Below, piece after piece: positions 24,297 through 37,351 of a DNA stretch of 64,000 nucleotides. The notes under the pieces are model-generated. The model saw only the letters and a program-made list of their open reading frames with translations, was not told where the DNA came from and searched no databases. How positions within the stretch are numbered: the first letter of the stretch is position 1; every line of letters begins with the position of its first letter. The stretch comes from Saccostrea echinata. Its lineage: Eukaryota. The stretch spans positions 37,634,001-37,698,000 of the forward strand of contig NW_026889803.1 in assembly GCF_033153115.1 (NCBI RefSeq). The letters run 5' to 3'. The translations under genes and the position numbers were made by a program.

Positions 24297-26984
24297 ACCT
24301 TAATGATTGTGTCCATTTATTATTTCTAAAATAACAATCGGGTATTTTTTTTTTTTGTATGAGACCGTTATTACTTTCAAAATAAACCAACTTGGGAACA
24401 ACCTAAGAAAATAATGACTAAATATAACAAAAATAGTATGTAATGAACTTTGAGAGGGGAATTAATATCCGTCTGAATCCTTTTCATTAAGACGAAATAA
24501 AATCACACTTCAGCACATTTCAATACGGGCAGGTTGGGAATGTATATCGATTCAATCAGAAAAAACAGGCAAATAATTAGCAAGCACTTTGTCACATATC
24601 ATCTAATTTTTACGAGATGTCCGAATGCGATAAAACTCCGAAGTCTTGCACGATAGAATCATCAATATAACGGTCACTTATTGGGGATTCCAAATTGTCG
24701 TTTTCAGCTGCTTCACTGATCAGGCATAAATACACTCAAGACACCAATTCTAAAATTGCGAACCTTGCTGATTCCGGATGTCTATCAATCTTTTCTGAGA
24801 TACATTATCAAATTAAGGATGGCAATGGACAAGAAGTAATAAATGCTGTAATATGCTGTAATATTCTATTGGCGATCTTGTGATACTTGCTGACAAATCT
24901 TCTAATTTGTTGGTTAAGGATGATGCTGCATTCACCACAAAAAACTGACTGAAATAAAACCCGTGAATAAGCGGAAAAAGTCATTGTTAATGTACATATA
25001 CTGCAAATATAGTACTCATCCGCTTTATTGGAATGAAATTTTAGACCCTTATATAAAAAAAAATCTCGTTTCATTTCATTCCCATCGAATTTGGATAATT
25101 TCCTTAAGAAATAAAAATAGAAGTTTTTAATCCAATCGATAATTTTTAGCTAGTTTTTCCAACATTTTTGTTGGAATTTATCAAAAGCTCAAATTGCGAA
25201 AGTAATTGAAAAGTAAAATTAAAAAGGTGATTTTTAAGGAATGAGTGTTTATTTTCTACCGATGTGACAGGACGTTACGATTCGTATTAGTTGCGAAGTT
25301 CAATGCATGAATTGTAACTTTCCCCAGGTCGGTTCACTTTCTCATGAAAACAGAAATAAGAATTTAACTATCCTTATGTTCATATTGCACTTCACAGTTA
25401 GCAAGTTACTCTTTCTGGATCTTATATAAAAATATTTTTAATTGTTTCAATTTTTACTTACAGGGCGATTTAATTTAAATATTAGCCGTGCTTTTTTTGT
25501 AATGTAACAAAAACCAAACAAGGGCACTGCAAAGCGAACATTCCCTCGGAATTTAAGAGCACATTGATCCCGATATAAATTATTACTTGCATAACTTCCG
25601 TTACGCACGCACCCACCTTTCGTTGCTAGGGAATACATATACTAAGGGATGAGAAATATGGGATGCCATCTCGTTGCAAAGACAGAACCCGGATTGTACT
25701 GGTATGGTTTTGATAGAAAATAACATTGGCAAATGTAAATAATTATTTCTAATAGATTGACTAATTCATGAACTGTACGTACAATGAAATGTCTGTGATT
25801 GGTCTGTCACAGCTGACTAATGAATGTACATGTATATCTTGTTCCTTTCTAGTACATGTATTTACTTAAGTCAGTACTGTCAGTAGATCAGAATAATTTG
25901 ACATTTGGTATGTTCATGAAGCCTGAATGCCATGCTGTTGATTTTCAAATTTACTTGTCCAGACATCATGGATAGTACCACAATCTGGCATGTTTCAAAT
26001 TTAACCCTGATATTTTGTGGATTTTCAGATTCCTAGAATCAGAGCTAGGTTCATGCTCAATCTGAAGATCAAAGATTGTCCTTCAACTGTTGTCCCTCTT
26101 CATCTCTTGTCAGTTGATTACGTTATAATTTACAACAACTAGATTATTTAAAACATCAGTCACCTAAAAATATTTGTCTGATGTTCAGAATTAGAGTTCA
26201 ACCTAGAAAGTTTAAGATCGACTTCTCCAGATCTACATGGCTAGAAATAGCGAAATATCATATAAACGTCATAATTTTAAAAGTTTTTAACAAATGCGTT
26301 CAGCGTAAGGCAAAGCAGGATTACATCGTCTTCGTAGAAATTAATTGAGAAAATTTTTTAGAAAACTTTATTTTTAGGAATATGAACTGTACAATATCTC
26401 AAATGCGTATGCAAGTATAATACTAGCAAAACGCTGTGGACATTTTTTTTTAAATAAAAGGTAAGACTGAAAGTCGAAAAGAAAGGAAGAGCAAGATATC
26501 GGTGCACGATTTTATATAGAGTATTGATAATGTGGAACCCCCCCTCCCCCCCCCCCCCAATATTCCTTTTAATAACAACATATCTAAAAGTTGTCAACTT
26601 CATATGCATCCTTTTATATTTCAGATTTGAAATTGTAAAATGGATTCTTGAAATTAGTCCCCTTCCTGATTTTTTTTGCTTCTGTGTGATTATCCGTATG
26701 CAGTCTGCAAGTATTTAGTTGTACATAAAGATACAATGAAGATAATGTGAATCTGCAAACTTTTCATCTATTTGCTCAGGACTACGTTCATCTTGTTTCA
26801 TGGTACGTACATTTTGTCTTCTACATATGTAGGTAGAAATATATAGCTTCAAGGCATTACATTTTTTTCTACGACTAAGATCAACCATTTTTTTTAATTT
26901 AAGCATGGCATAATTAGCAACCACTTTACTCATGTTTTTTAAACATAATTTTATTTGTTATCCTTTATATGCAGAAAATAAATG

Positions 26985-27718
26985 AGATGGGTGAACAAGG
27001 CGTGCAGAATGCCTTTAGCTTCAGATATTAAAAAAATCATAAATTGTGAATTAAGTATTTAAAGTAAAGTTCTCATTATTGAAATTTATGAAATTATGAT
27101 CAACAAAACTTTTCTGAGAAAAAAAAGATCTCGGAAAAAAATTATTCTTTTATTAGAAAAATAAAATGGTATTCATGGGATTCGAATCTATAACAATAAA
27201 ATTCCAGAGTATCATATTGCTTTGAGACTAACATGTAACCACTACGCTACACAGCTCCTGATGAATAGAGGCATTTAAATCATGTTTGTGATATGACCTT
27301 GACTTAATGGACTTCAAATATATCTCGGAAAGATGCGAATGCTTTGTCATAAAAGTGTACTTTTAAGGTATAGTGGGTCTTTGCTCCATGTTTTTGTAAA
27401 CCAAAAAATACATATTTTTATGCAAACTTTAATTTCAACTTAACTTTCAAAAAAATGGAGCGAAGCCCACTCATATCGAAAAATTTTGTTCAAGTGTGAG
27501 AAAATGATCCCTTTTTTGTCCTCTTTAGTGTGTGTATGCTATTTCGTAGGCAAATAATTTCAGTCTTTATTAGATTTTTGTAAATTGTAGAGATTCTACA
27601 TAAAGTATATTTTAATGTTAGATGAAATATCAAAGAACATTTTGATATAATTGAGATTTTATTTTTCACTTCATGTTTGTCGTACTTTTGGCACTTCGCC
27701 CGCCTTGTTCACCCATCT
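26985..27718. mobile_element. Non-autonomous TIR element (superfamily unclear)
   Basis: ~30-bp TIR AGATGGGTGAACAAGGCG...TGCC at both ends, TSD not clear. A decayed A/B-box-like segment lies inside at ~27165-27257 (minus strand). Confidence 0.7.
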
Positions 27719-28167
27719 TCTTTGTTTCAAATTATTTAACAGTGCTTGTTACAATACTTAGCCACAATTACACTGCTTTCACTAGTAACAGGTAGATAGT
27801 GAGAAAAATATCAGAGATGTTTGGCTGTGTAAATTAATAAATGGAATAAGAGATCCTAAGAATAAGGAAATCCGGAATTTCAACACATTTCATTGTAAAG
27901 TTATTAGATTTTTTTTGTCCTGCACGAATCTAAGTATTGTATATTTAGGCGATATTTGATCGCATTTATGATATCTTCCTTTTCTATATACGTGCCACCG
28001 AATTCTGTTATTGATACATGTACGAGTAATTTACACTGTGCCTTGATGGTACTTGCTATAGAAGGGATCTTTATGAAATAATTTATATGTATGAAATGCT
28101 ATTTCGCCAAGGTTATTTAATATATATCAATGACATTTTTTTTAATATGTATTCTTTCTCTCATTAG

Positions 28168-29286
28168 TAGGGCTGGGACGATTCAGGGTTCAATCGATTC
28201 GGTTCGGTTTCGGTTCAGAATGATACGGTTCGGGTTTTTTCGATTCGGTTCGATTTAACCTAAAACAGTCTAAATATTTCTCATCATAAATGAAAAATGA
28301 TAACCTTTGCTTTAAAAATTGATTAAAATCCTTTACTCCAGTCTTCACAAAAACTTTTCTGAGACACTAACAAGTGAGGCTAGTGGATTTGACATTTTTA
28401 CTAGCTAAAGTAAAATTTCTACTAGCCCAGAAAAATAATAAAATTTGAAACCTTTTGTTGTATTGTTTTATTCCATGTCATAATGAATTACTCTTCTTTT
28501 CATATTTCTTCTGCTTATTTTCTCATTTTGTATTTTTCTTCTGAGTCAATGATACATAAATAATCAGAGAAATTATTAAAGGCTGAATTTAACAGAATGA
28601 ACAATCATGCTATAGATACCTTTTAACATGGTAGTATACATTCATCTTTTTTCTGATCATTGGACTTCCTCTTCCAATATAAAGTGAAAGCTAGGTGATT
28701 CATTTTTTTTTAATTCAAATTTTCAGAAACAATGTTAATATATTTTTGATAACCCTTGTAAATCTTCAGTTAATTAGTTGAGTAGCTGGAAATAGTTGAA
28801 TCAATTAATGTGATATCTACATGTATTTTCCATAAAATCGGTATGAAGGAAATTCGGGTTAGTAGAAAAAAGACGATCGTTTTCATGGTTTTTAGAAATA
28901 AATAAATAATGTAGAAGTGCTAAAAGAATTAGATAGAAGTGATATGAACAAGAGAACCACACTTCTTTGATTTTTTTCATTGGTTGGGGATTTAAAAGCA
29001 AAACTTGGAAACTACCTGCTACTTTTTCACTAGCCCGTCGGGCTATTTACTAGCCCATAGCAATTTAAACTAACCTGTATTGTAAAAGTAAAGGGTGTTT
29101 ATGGAATTAAAAAACTAATCACTGACTTCAAACTGGCACAATCATTATAAAAAGTATTAAAATCATGAAAACAAACACTTCTGATCTCCAATTGGCAGCC
29201 ATTTTTGTTTATACGTGTTATGTAAATGATGAACCGAACCGAACCGAATTCCGGAATTCTGGATCGGTGCACCGAATCGAACAGTA

Positions 29287-29326
<40 letters not shown>

Positions 29327-29330
29327 CCTA
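28168..29330. mobile_element. hAT-family non-autonomous element
   Basis: TAGGGCTG...CAGCCCTA termini with subterminal TTCGG/CCGAA arrays. Perfect 8-bp TSD CTCATTAG (28160-28167, 29331-29338). Confidence 0.92.
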
Positions 29331-29439
29331 CTCATTAGCTCATTGGTTTTACACTAATTTTGACTACTGATTACGATCAAAGATAGTATAAAAACAATGG
29401 CCTCAATTTAGCTATGAAACATGTAACTGAAAATTTGAT

Positions 29440-29590
29440 CAGTACAGAGTGTGCCCTGTTGACAGAGATGTATACTTCTTCAAGGCAACTGATCCCACCT
29501 CTGGTGTTTACAGGGGTCCGTGCTTTTGCCCTGTTTCGTTGTTTATAAGATTTATGAAATTGATTATTGATCGTTTTCTTCAACTTTATT
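29440..29590 (+). mobile_element. Naiad/Penelope-like 3'-end fragment
   Basis: CTGATCCCACCTCTGG...GGGGTCCGTG matches the reverse complement of ~11540-11690. Confidence 0.6.
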
Positions 29591-30943
29591 GTTGAATAAT
29601 ACATGTATATACATTTGTGGGCCTTGATAATTGATGAAATTAAATATGAAAATAAAATGAAAATTCAGATGTGTGTAAATGAAAGGAAATATACTTGACA
29701 GTGCAAATGGTGTATTGTTCGAACGAGGGAGTCTGTTCGCAATTATAAATGTGTAAAAGAGATATGTTTTGATGATCGATGTCAGTTACTCACAATTCTT
29801 GGACAGATCTCCACTGTTACTATCGTCTTAGAAAATGTTTAAATTTATTTTAATCAAAATATTAACTTAAAATCAGACACTTTTCTTTATATATACTGAA
29901 AATCAAGTGCTGTACAGTATCAAAATGTATTCTTGTATTCATTGTGATCGCGTGCTTCCACGGCTCATTTTGCATTTTCTGTACGTAAATGTAAACAAAA
30001 TACATGTATTTTGAAATTAGCAATTACGTGTAAGCTGATTTCGAAATAATTTTAAGCACTGCATTTTTAATATGACCCAAATTTTAAAATTTTTTAAGAA
30101 TGATGGAGATCGAACAATTTCCTTTGATTATGCACCAAAATACATTTATCATTGATAAAAAAAATATTTTCATTCAATTAATGACTCAGCTGTAAAGGTA
30201 ACGATGAGGGACACATTTCGCTAGTTTAAATATTAAACTTTCTACATGTATGTTAATCGGTTCTCAGGAAACGATGGGGGTAATTAGCATGCAGACTGTT
30301 ACTTTGAATTAATATGTACAGTGTAATATATGCAGCAGAATACATGATCCTAGCTCTGGGCATTAAGTGCATGTAAGCGTTTGTTTGAAAAAACATATAA
30401 ATAATTTTTTAAAGTACATTCATGCACATATTCATATTTAGAATTTCCAATTTCAATGGTTCTTGTGAGAATTCACTTGTTTACTTTGCACACAGACGCC
30501 TTCGTTTAAAGATCCAGACAAACGTCTTTGTCTTTTGTTTGATATCAGTAATTACATCCAATGCAATTTCAAGAAGTATTGACAAAGGGTATTTCTTGTA
30601 ATTATTCTAGACTTGTGGTGGAATAAACAAAACGTCCGCTAATACTTAGCCAAAGGTTTTATTCACGAATGGTTTACCTTTTGAGACTCTAAACTTTGTT
30701 TACTCTTTCTCTCAATAAGCTAGTATCAATCAATGAAAGCCATGTATTGAAATACTATTCATTAGCCGTGGATATATTCTACCTCCAACAAAAACAAAAC
30801 ATTTTTTTTGTTTTATTCAGTCTACAAAATCAAGGCACATACAAGAACAAATGTTACATTATTGAAATTTCGGCCATTTTTGTAAAGTCAATCTACAAAG
30901 TCACGCACTCTGATACAACAGATGTAAAGTTAGTTCAATCTTC

Positions 30944-32101
30944 TTATCCGTTATGTTTTCGATTTCCCTTACACATTTTTCCATACAGGTTTTTCAGCTC
31001 CGTTCTAAATGATTTGTTCATGAAAGAATATATGACTGGATTTGTTGTATTGTATACAAAATAGGTATAGAAAATAACAATGTTGAATGGAATAAGTTCC
31101 TGTGTCATCAGTAAGGCTGGTAGAAAAGCAATTAAGAAAACAATGGTGACAATAAACAACATGGCTGCCGTTCTAATGTTGGCATAAAATTGCTTTTCCT
31201 TAAGAGTTGCACCAATCTTTCGAGTTCTTGCATTTTTAACTGTATTATTGGCATTTCCGTCTGATTGTTGAACATGCATCAATGTCATTTCCGTTTCTGC
31301 TAGAGAAGCTTCAGGTTGACAACTTTGACTCGGATAAAGACTTGACCGTTTTCTTTTAGCCTTTCTTGCTCGTCTCACATGTATCTCTCGATATATTAAA
31401 GAGTATAGTACTACAACAAATAAAAACATAAGAAGATATAAAACAGCATGGATCTTAGAAAAAAGTAACACAAAATCCTCATTAAAGATGTCATATTTTG
31501 GTATACACATTCCATACGACGGGTCATAGAAACTTTCTGCTACATCTAAAGAGTCGTTCACTTCATATTTTGTTGAGTTGCACTCAGCTGATCCGTATAA
31601 AATGGATGTATTAAAGGAACACGAATTATTTTTCGGGGAGCCGGGTACCAATCCATTCATATCGTTTATTCCATACATTAATGCTACCAGGACACCTAGA
31701 GTACCAGCAAAAATTAGTAGAATGAAAATGATCAGTTTCGCTCGGAAAATTGTTATTACATGCAGAAATGGGTGGCAGATGCAAAAGTATCTATCAAATG
31801 CAATGGCCACCATAATGAGAGTTGCAAATGGTACACCGCCGGTTATCAGAAACATATACAACTGGCACATAGCATCATATCCATGTTTGTAGTCGAGATA
31901 CACAGTTACGATATTAAATGGGATTATCACTAAACATGTGAAGAAATCGGCTCCAGCCAAGCCTAAAATAAATATACTGGACGTCGACTTGTCTTTTTTC
32001 CTCAGGTAAATGTATAATACAAGAGAGTTTCCGATGGTGCCCACCAAGCTGAAGATACTTTGCATGACAATCACAATGATCTTCTGATCTTTTTCATCCA
32101 T
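30944..32101 (-). CDS. Class A (rhodopsin-like) GPCR, probable orphan/peptide receptor, 385 aa, single coding exon
   Basis: Seven hydrophobic segments with GNSLV (TM1), LAGAD (TM2), C...FDRY (TM3), AFLP (TM6) and NPVIY (TM7), plus FR helix 8. Start taken at AAAATG 32101, 18 nt after acceptor TTTTTTGCAG (32119-32120). The upstream 60 codons of the track ORF look intronic. Confidence 0.92.
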   Translation of the reverse strand: MDEKDQKIIVIVMQSIFSLVGTIGNSLVLYIYLRKKDKSTSSIFILGLAGADFFTCLVIIPFNIVTVYLDYKHGYDAMCQLYMFLITGGVPFATLIMVAIAFDRYFCICHPFLHVITIFRAKLIIFILLIFAGTLGVLVALMYGINDMNGLVPGSPKNNSCSFNTSILYGSAECNSTKYEVNDSLDVAESFYDPSYGMCIPKYDIFNEDFVLLFSKIHAVLYLLMFLFVVVLYSLIYREIHVRRARKAKRKRSSLYPSQSCQPEASLAETEMTLMHVQQSDGNANNTVKNARTRKIGATLKEKQFYANIRTAAMLFIVTIVFLIAFLPALLMTQELIPFNIVIFYTYFVYNTTNPVIYSFMNKSFRTELKNLYGKMCKGNRKHNG

Positions 32102-34804
32102 TTTGATTTTAATCAAAACTGCAAAAAATAAAAGATATTTTTCAAACACACTATAAATATAAGCAAATATGACACATTTTGCAAATAAGTTCAAGAATGT
32201 TATTATGTTTTTATATGCTGACTTCTTACGTGTATCAACTGTATATGTATCTCTAGCTTTGCACCAATAGCTAACCAACATCTAAAAGGCCACTAGAAAA
32301 CACTTTTCATATTTATGTAGGTGTACATGTAGGTGGTAAAATAATGAAACTTTATTAAAATACATGGAATTATAAATTCTGAGAATATCAATGAGAAAAA
32401 ACATTAATTTCAAAAAACTTGCAAAGAGCTTTGCTATGCAAGTTAATAGTTTGTTTTTCTTTGTCTTTATGCAATCCATATAAAATCAAATAGAATTGTC
32501 AATTTTTATGTGTGAACCTCAGAGGAGGGGGGGGGGGGGGGGCAAAAACGAGAAAAGACTCTAACCAAAGCTCTTGTATGCCTCAAATATAATGATAATA
32601 TCTGGTACATGTGTACTTCGAACAGCAATTTAAGAAAATAAAAGTCTAAAATAAATACACATAAGAATATTTCTCCATACTTATCTTTTTATCCTTAAAA
32701 AAACTATTACTTTTTGCTAGCGTCTTAAGACCTAAATTATAGTGGAGTTATTTAATAGATACTTGTACTTCGAACTTAAAAGTTCACCAGGGAAAGGTTC
32801 AGTGTAATGTCTTCTACCATTTTAAGCTGTTAATCTAGATCTATTAGTTTAAGCAAAGAATCAACGTAAATTTCTACATGGAAAATTGGAGTAAAACAAG
32901 AATAAAAAAGAATTATTGTATCTGAAATGGTAATATGGAATGATATTTATCTGTCCCTCTAAACATACATTAAGATATATTACTACTAGTGTGTGATACA
33001 CATCCATTAAGCACTTCGCAATTTTTTGAGGATTTTGACAGTGGAAAGACTAGATAAAAGATATGCTTCTATGGTTGTATGCAATGAAATGACAATTAAA
33101 CCCAAAAATTGGAACATAATGGATAACAATCGACTGAACTATTCTAGTCTAGCAATTTTCGATAATGGGAAATTTGTCACCTGCTGTAACGTACAATATT
33201 AGCACATCCAATTACTTTGCTTCGATAAAATTAATGAGCTGAAAATTATGAGAAATTTATTTTCATGTTAGATAAGGATGAATGAATGCATTGACAGTTT
33301 AATTAATTGTTTTGTTTTCCCTTTTAATTTTGGAAATAAATATAAAATTACTTTGAATAATGTTTGTCGGAAGTACCTTGAACATCTATAAAGGTAATAA
33401 ACTTCATTCGTCAATAGATAAATATCTATGTTTTGTTCAAAGATTGTTTCTTTTATTTTAAAATCAGCTATCAAAGATCGCTTTTGATTAAATGATCATG
33501 CTTTAACACCAAGTTTGAAGATGACGCATAGTAAAGTGCACTCGAATCATGAAGAAGAATGTACGTGATGGGGCCAGCTCATTGACATTAAATGAAAATA
33601 CTCACCTTTTTCATAATGGACATGCTTTCCATTGATTTGCAAAATCCAGTTTTTGGTTCATTTTATGCTTTTTTATTAGTGGATCAATATTTCTGGGGAC
33701 GTAAGACAAATTTTAATTACACAAATACATGTATGTTGAATAATGAACGCCTGGATATCATTTAGAGGAACAGCAATAATCAATACCTAATTCTAAAATT
33801 TCGATTTACGCAATTAAAAAAACAGTCGAATTTAACATACCCACCTTTATTTAATTTAATTACAATCAGCATGCGTTGTCGATCATGTGTTTGTCATTCA
33901 GGGTTAAGTTACAATTGTGAATTATTCAAGTAATTATTTCTCTTTTTGTTAATTAAAATCATTATACACATGTAAGGGTGTTAGAATTCTCTTTCGCACG
34001 CTCAACAAGATAACACTAGTTGATTGATTGTCACTGTACATTGAAAAAAGTAATTTTACACTTACAGAGCTATATAATATTAATGTAATCGCTCTTGGAG
34101 AGCGATGTACTGTTGATGAAATATTTTGATTTTATTCTGGACCGAAAACAATCCATGAAAGAGCAAGAAAAATCTACCTAGCTTATCTAAATACCTAAAG
34201 ATTTACGAATGCAATTGCTTTCACATCACTTTGGTAAGAATTCTATCCATTAGTCTTTTACAGTTTGAAGTGAGATAAAACATATAAGCCATGCAATACT
34301 ACGAAGTCAATCAGAATAGAATAAGGAAGCTTGCAAGCATAACTTTCTCATTTTTCAGAGTACAACAAACAGAAAAAAAGGATAATAAAAGATATTTATT
34401 GCTTACAGTTGATTTGATAAACGCGTGGCTAGCAATGTAACAATTTTGGTAGAGGACTAAGTGTTACATGCATAATCATATAAATAATCAAGTCTTAGGC
34501 CTAAACTTTGGATAATTAATTTCACAGTTTTTTATAGTATAAGGCTCAATTTACTAGTATGTTATAATCATGCCAACAATTTGACAGCTTGACATCCATG
34601 AATGATAAAAAAAATCTACGGTATAAACTATAAAGCATATTTAATATACATGTACATGTATTACTACCTTAGCCAAACTTCACAGTTTTTGCTAAAAGAT
34701 CATAGCTGTTTATCAATTGACTGCTTGGTGTTCAGGAGTAAAAAAGATTTTTGGAGATCATTATTTTTTTGGTTTTGGTCACACTCGTTAGGTTCCAGGG
34801 AGGC

Positions 34805-35270
34805 AGAGAATTTGATTTTTGTGTGGCCTGCAGAGCAGAGTGACACTTAAGGATCACTTTATCCGGCTTCTGTCTGTCTGCCCGTCCATCTTTCGCACTG
34901 TATATCTTGAGAACAGTAAGAGCTAGGAATCTGATATTTTGCTCTGGTAGTGCTTGGCACCAATGACTTTTGCAAAGTACCAAAGTTACCGACCTTGTGA
35001 CCTTTTAACTTGAGCTTAGGACTATTTTTCAAAATAGTTCATAGTGCCGATATACAGCATATTTTTTTTTTTTTTAGACATTTGAAAGGTGCTGTTTAGC
35101 ATTTGTTTGTCAGGCATTTTGAAAAATAACAGCGTAACAGATCCTTTGATCTTGATCATGACCTTTGACTCACTTTTCGAGAAAAAATTAACATGTCTGT
35201 ACATATATTGAATTTTGTTTTGTAGGGATTTGATATCTAGAACACATATTACATGCATATGATTTTAGGA
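34805..35270 (+). mobile_element. Degenerate HINE-like fragment
   Basis: (GTCT/GTCC)n microsatellite followed by GACCTTGTGACC / TGACCTTTGAC motifs. Confidence 0.45.
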
Positions 35271-35482
35271 TACTGTTCTTTCAAACTGTATGATATCGAA
35301 CATACAAACTAAAAGGGTTCGATTAGTTGTATGAAACTTATCTGGGAGTGGTAAACGGATCAGGATCGTACTTCAAGTTGAGTTGTTGGCTGACATTGAA
35401 GAAAAGACAGCCAGTCGGAAATTTCTTTAAAATAGGAAAACTAAGAAACTGTTGCAATGTATTAAGCACGACGTATGTATGA

Positions 35483-35943
35483 ATTAGTAGGTGAAACCGG
35501 AGGGGACTATAGGTTTCCTCTGAGTCTGTCCGTCCGTCTGTCTGTCTGTCTGTCCCTCTGTCTGTCTGTCAGTCTGTCCCACTTGGTTTTCCGCACTTTT
35601 CTTCTAAACGCTTGCAGATATTGAGCTGATTTTTGGTATGTAAGTGTATCATGATGAGTTACAGATCAAATTTGCATTTTGTTCCGCTTCATTGATTTTT
35701 GACGGAATTACGGCCTTTTCAATTTTTAAGGGTTTTCCGCAATTTTCTTCTAAACGCTTTCAGATATTGAGCTGATTTTTGGTATGTGACTTTACCTTTA
35801 TTAGTTATAGATCAAGTTTGCATTTCGTCCCGCTTCATTGATTTTTGACGGAATTATGGCATTTTCAATTTTTAACGGGAACCAGATTACACTTGCCGGT
35901 AGGGGACTAGTATTGCTAATGCAATACTCTCAGAATGCTTGTT
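35483..35943 (+). mobile_element. HINE with 2 internal ~120-bp repeats; same family as 58037-58432
   Basis: ACCGGAGGGGACTATAGG, (GTCT)n, duplicated CAGATATTGAGCTGATTTTTGGTATG units, and 3' CCGGTAGGGGACT plus hairpin AGTATTGC..GCAATACT. Confidence 0.8.
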
Positions 35944-36426
35944 AATCGTGGATTTTTTTTTCTGTTTTGTGTGTGTGTGTTTTGTTTTTTGAAAATACAT
36001 GAATTTAATACTAAATGTAGTATGCAAATAAATAGTATTATATCTTTAATGATACTTAAGTATGCAATACATGCATTCCTTTGAAAACTTGTTTTTCTTC
36101 GCATTTACCCATATACATGCTATGTACCAAATATCATGGAAATTGGTTCAGCCGTAAATACTGAAAAATGCTCACAGACATACTCTGCACGACGATGTAC
36201 AAAAAGGGATAGTAATAGGTCACCTGGGTAGCTCAGGTGGCAAAAAAATCTAGGGTGTAAGGCTTTCATATCAAAATGACACTAATAACTTGACTTTAAG
36301 TGAGAAGTTAATTAACACGATGAATGGGTTATTATATCATACCAACTAATAACGATACAGGCACATGCTACCTATAATAAGACATATAATAAAACAAATT
36401 TATGTCAAGGACACGATTCTTTCAGA

Positions 36427-36932
36427 TAGCTGCACATCTATAGCTCACTGGTATGAAAAACAAAATAGGATGGTCGACCAGAAAGCGTAAGTGCCACCCA
36501 TTGAAAAAAGTGTATATTTATTGAGCACAAAAAGATTTATTTCAGAATATTGCTAACCTTGTGATTCTAAAATTTTCTTTTACTACGTCCACAACAAAAC
36601 TGCATGCAGAAGTCATGCACGAAGCGCTTTGGGCCGCATTGTCTTGCCAACCAAAAATGGCAGCATAAATAGGCGACTTTTTCGATATGATCTCCATTTC
36701 AAGTCCATGCAGGATGGATATAGACAACGGTTTGGGGGAAATGTTTTGTTGTAGAAGTAGTAAAAGAGTATGTTAGGAACAAACAATAAGTTAAATTTTG
36801 AGATGGCAGCTTAAAAATCAAGATAACAGCGTACTTTTTGTGCGCAATCAATGGACACTTTTTTCAATGAGCTTTCTGGTCATTTATCCCATTTTTTTCC
36901 AGACCAGCGAGCTACGTACAGATCTGCAGCTA
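36427..36932. mobile_element. MITE with ~110-bp imperfect TIRs
   Basis: TAGCTGCACATCT..TAGCTCACTGGT..GACCAGAAAGC..CATTGAAAAAAGTGT is mirrored at 36835-36932. Confidence 0.75.
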
Positions 36933-37020
36933 CATGTACTTTGAGAAGAATTATTAAAACTAGAATAGAGTTCTGAGCAAAACATTTACTTTCATCAAAA
37001 TGGAGATGTATATATTTTGA

Positions 37021-37351
37021 GTGATTGATTGTATGTTGTTTTACGTCCCATTCCAGAATTTTTCACTCATATAGATACATCACCATTAAGCGGTAAAGGG
37101 CTTCAAATTTAGACCTTTACTCGGCACTCCGCGCCATTGAGCAGTAATGGTTCTTGATCGTGCTAACGTTTACCGTGACAAGGAGCCTAGTTTTTAAGGT
37201 CTCATTCGGAAGACCCACAACTTTCACTTCGAAGTTCTGAGCGCTTGGCTAAGGAACAGTTGCTACCTATTTTTTATCTACTTAAGTCTGTCGCGGACGA
37301 GGTTTGAACCCAGGACCTTTCGAACACGGAGCAAGCCCTCTAACAATTGAC
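37021..37351 (-). mobile_element. SINE family B
   Basis: Homologous to 8488-8780 and 52399-52730, with a (GATT)n tail. TSD ATATTTTGA. Confidence 0.88.

Noticed and set aside
32102-32281. N-terminal 60 aa of the 445-aa track ORF
   Set aside because: AT-rich, lies upstream of a strong splice acceptor and is not receptor-like. Probably intron read-through.
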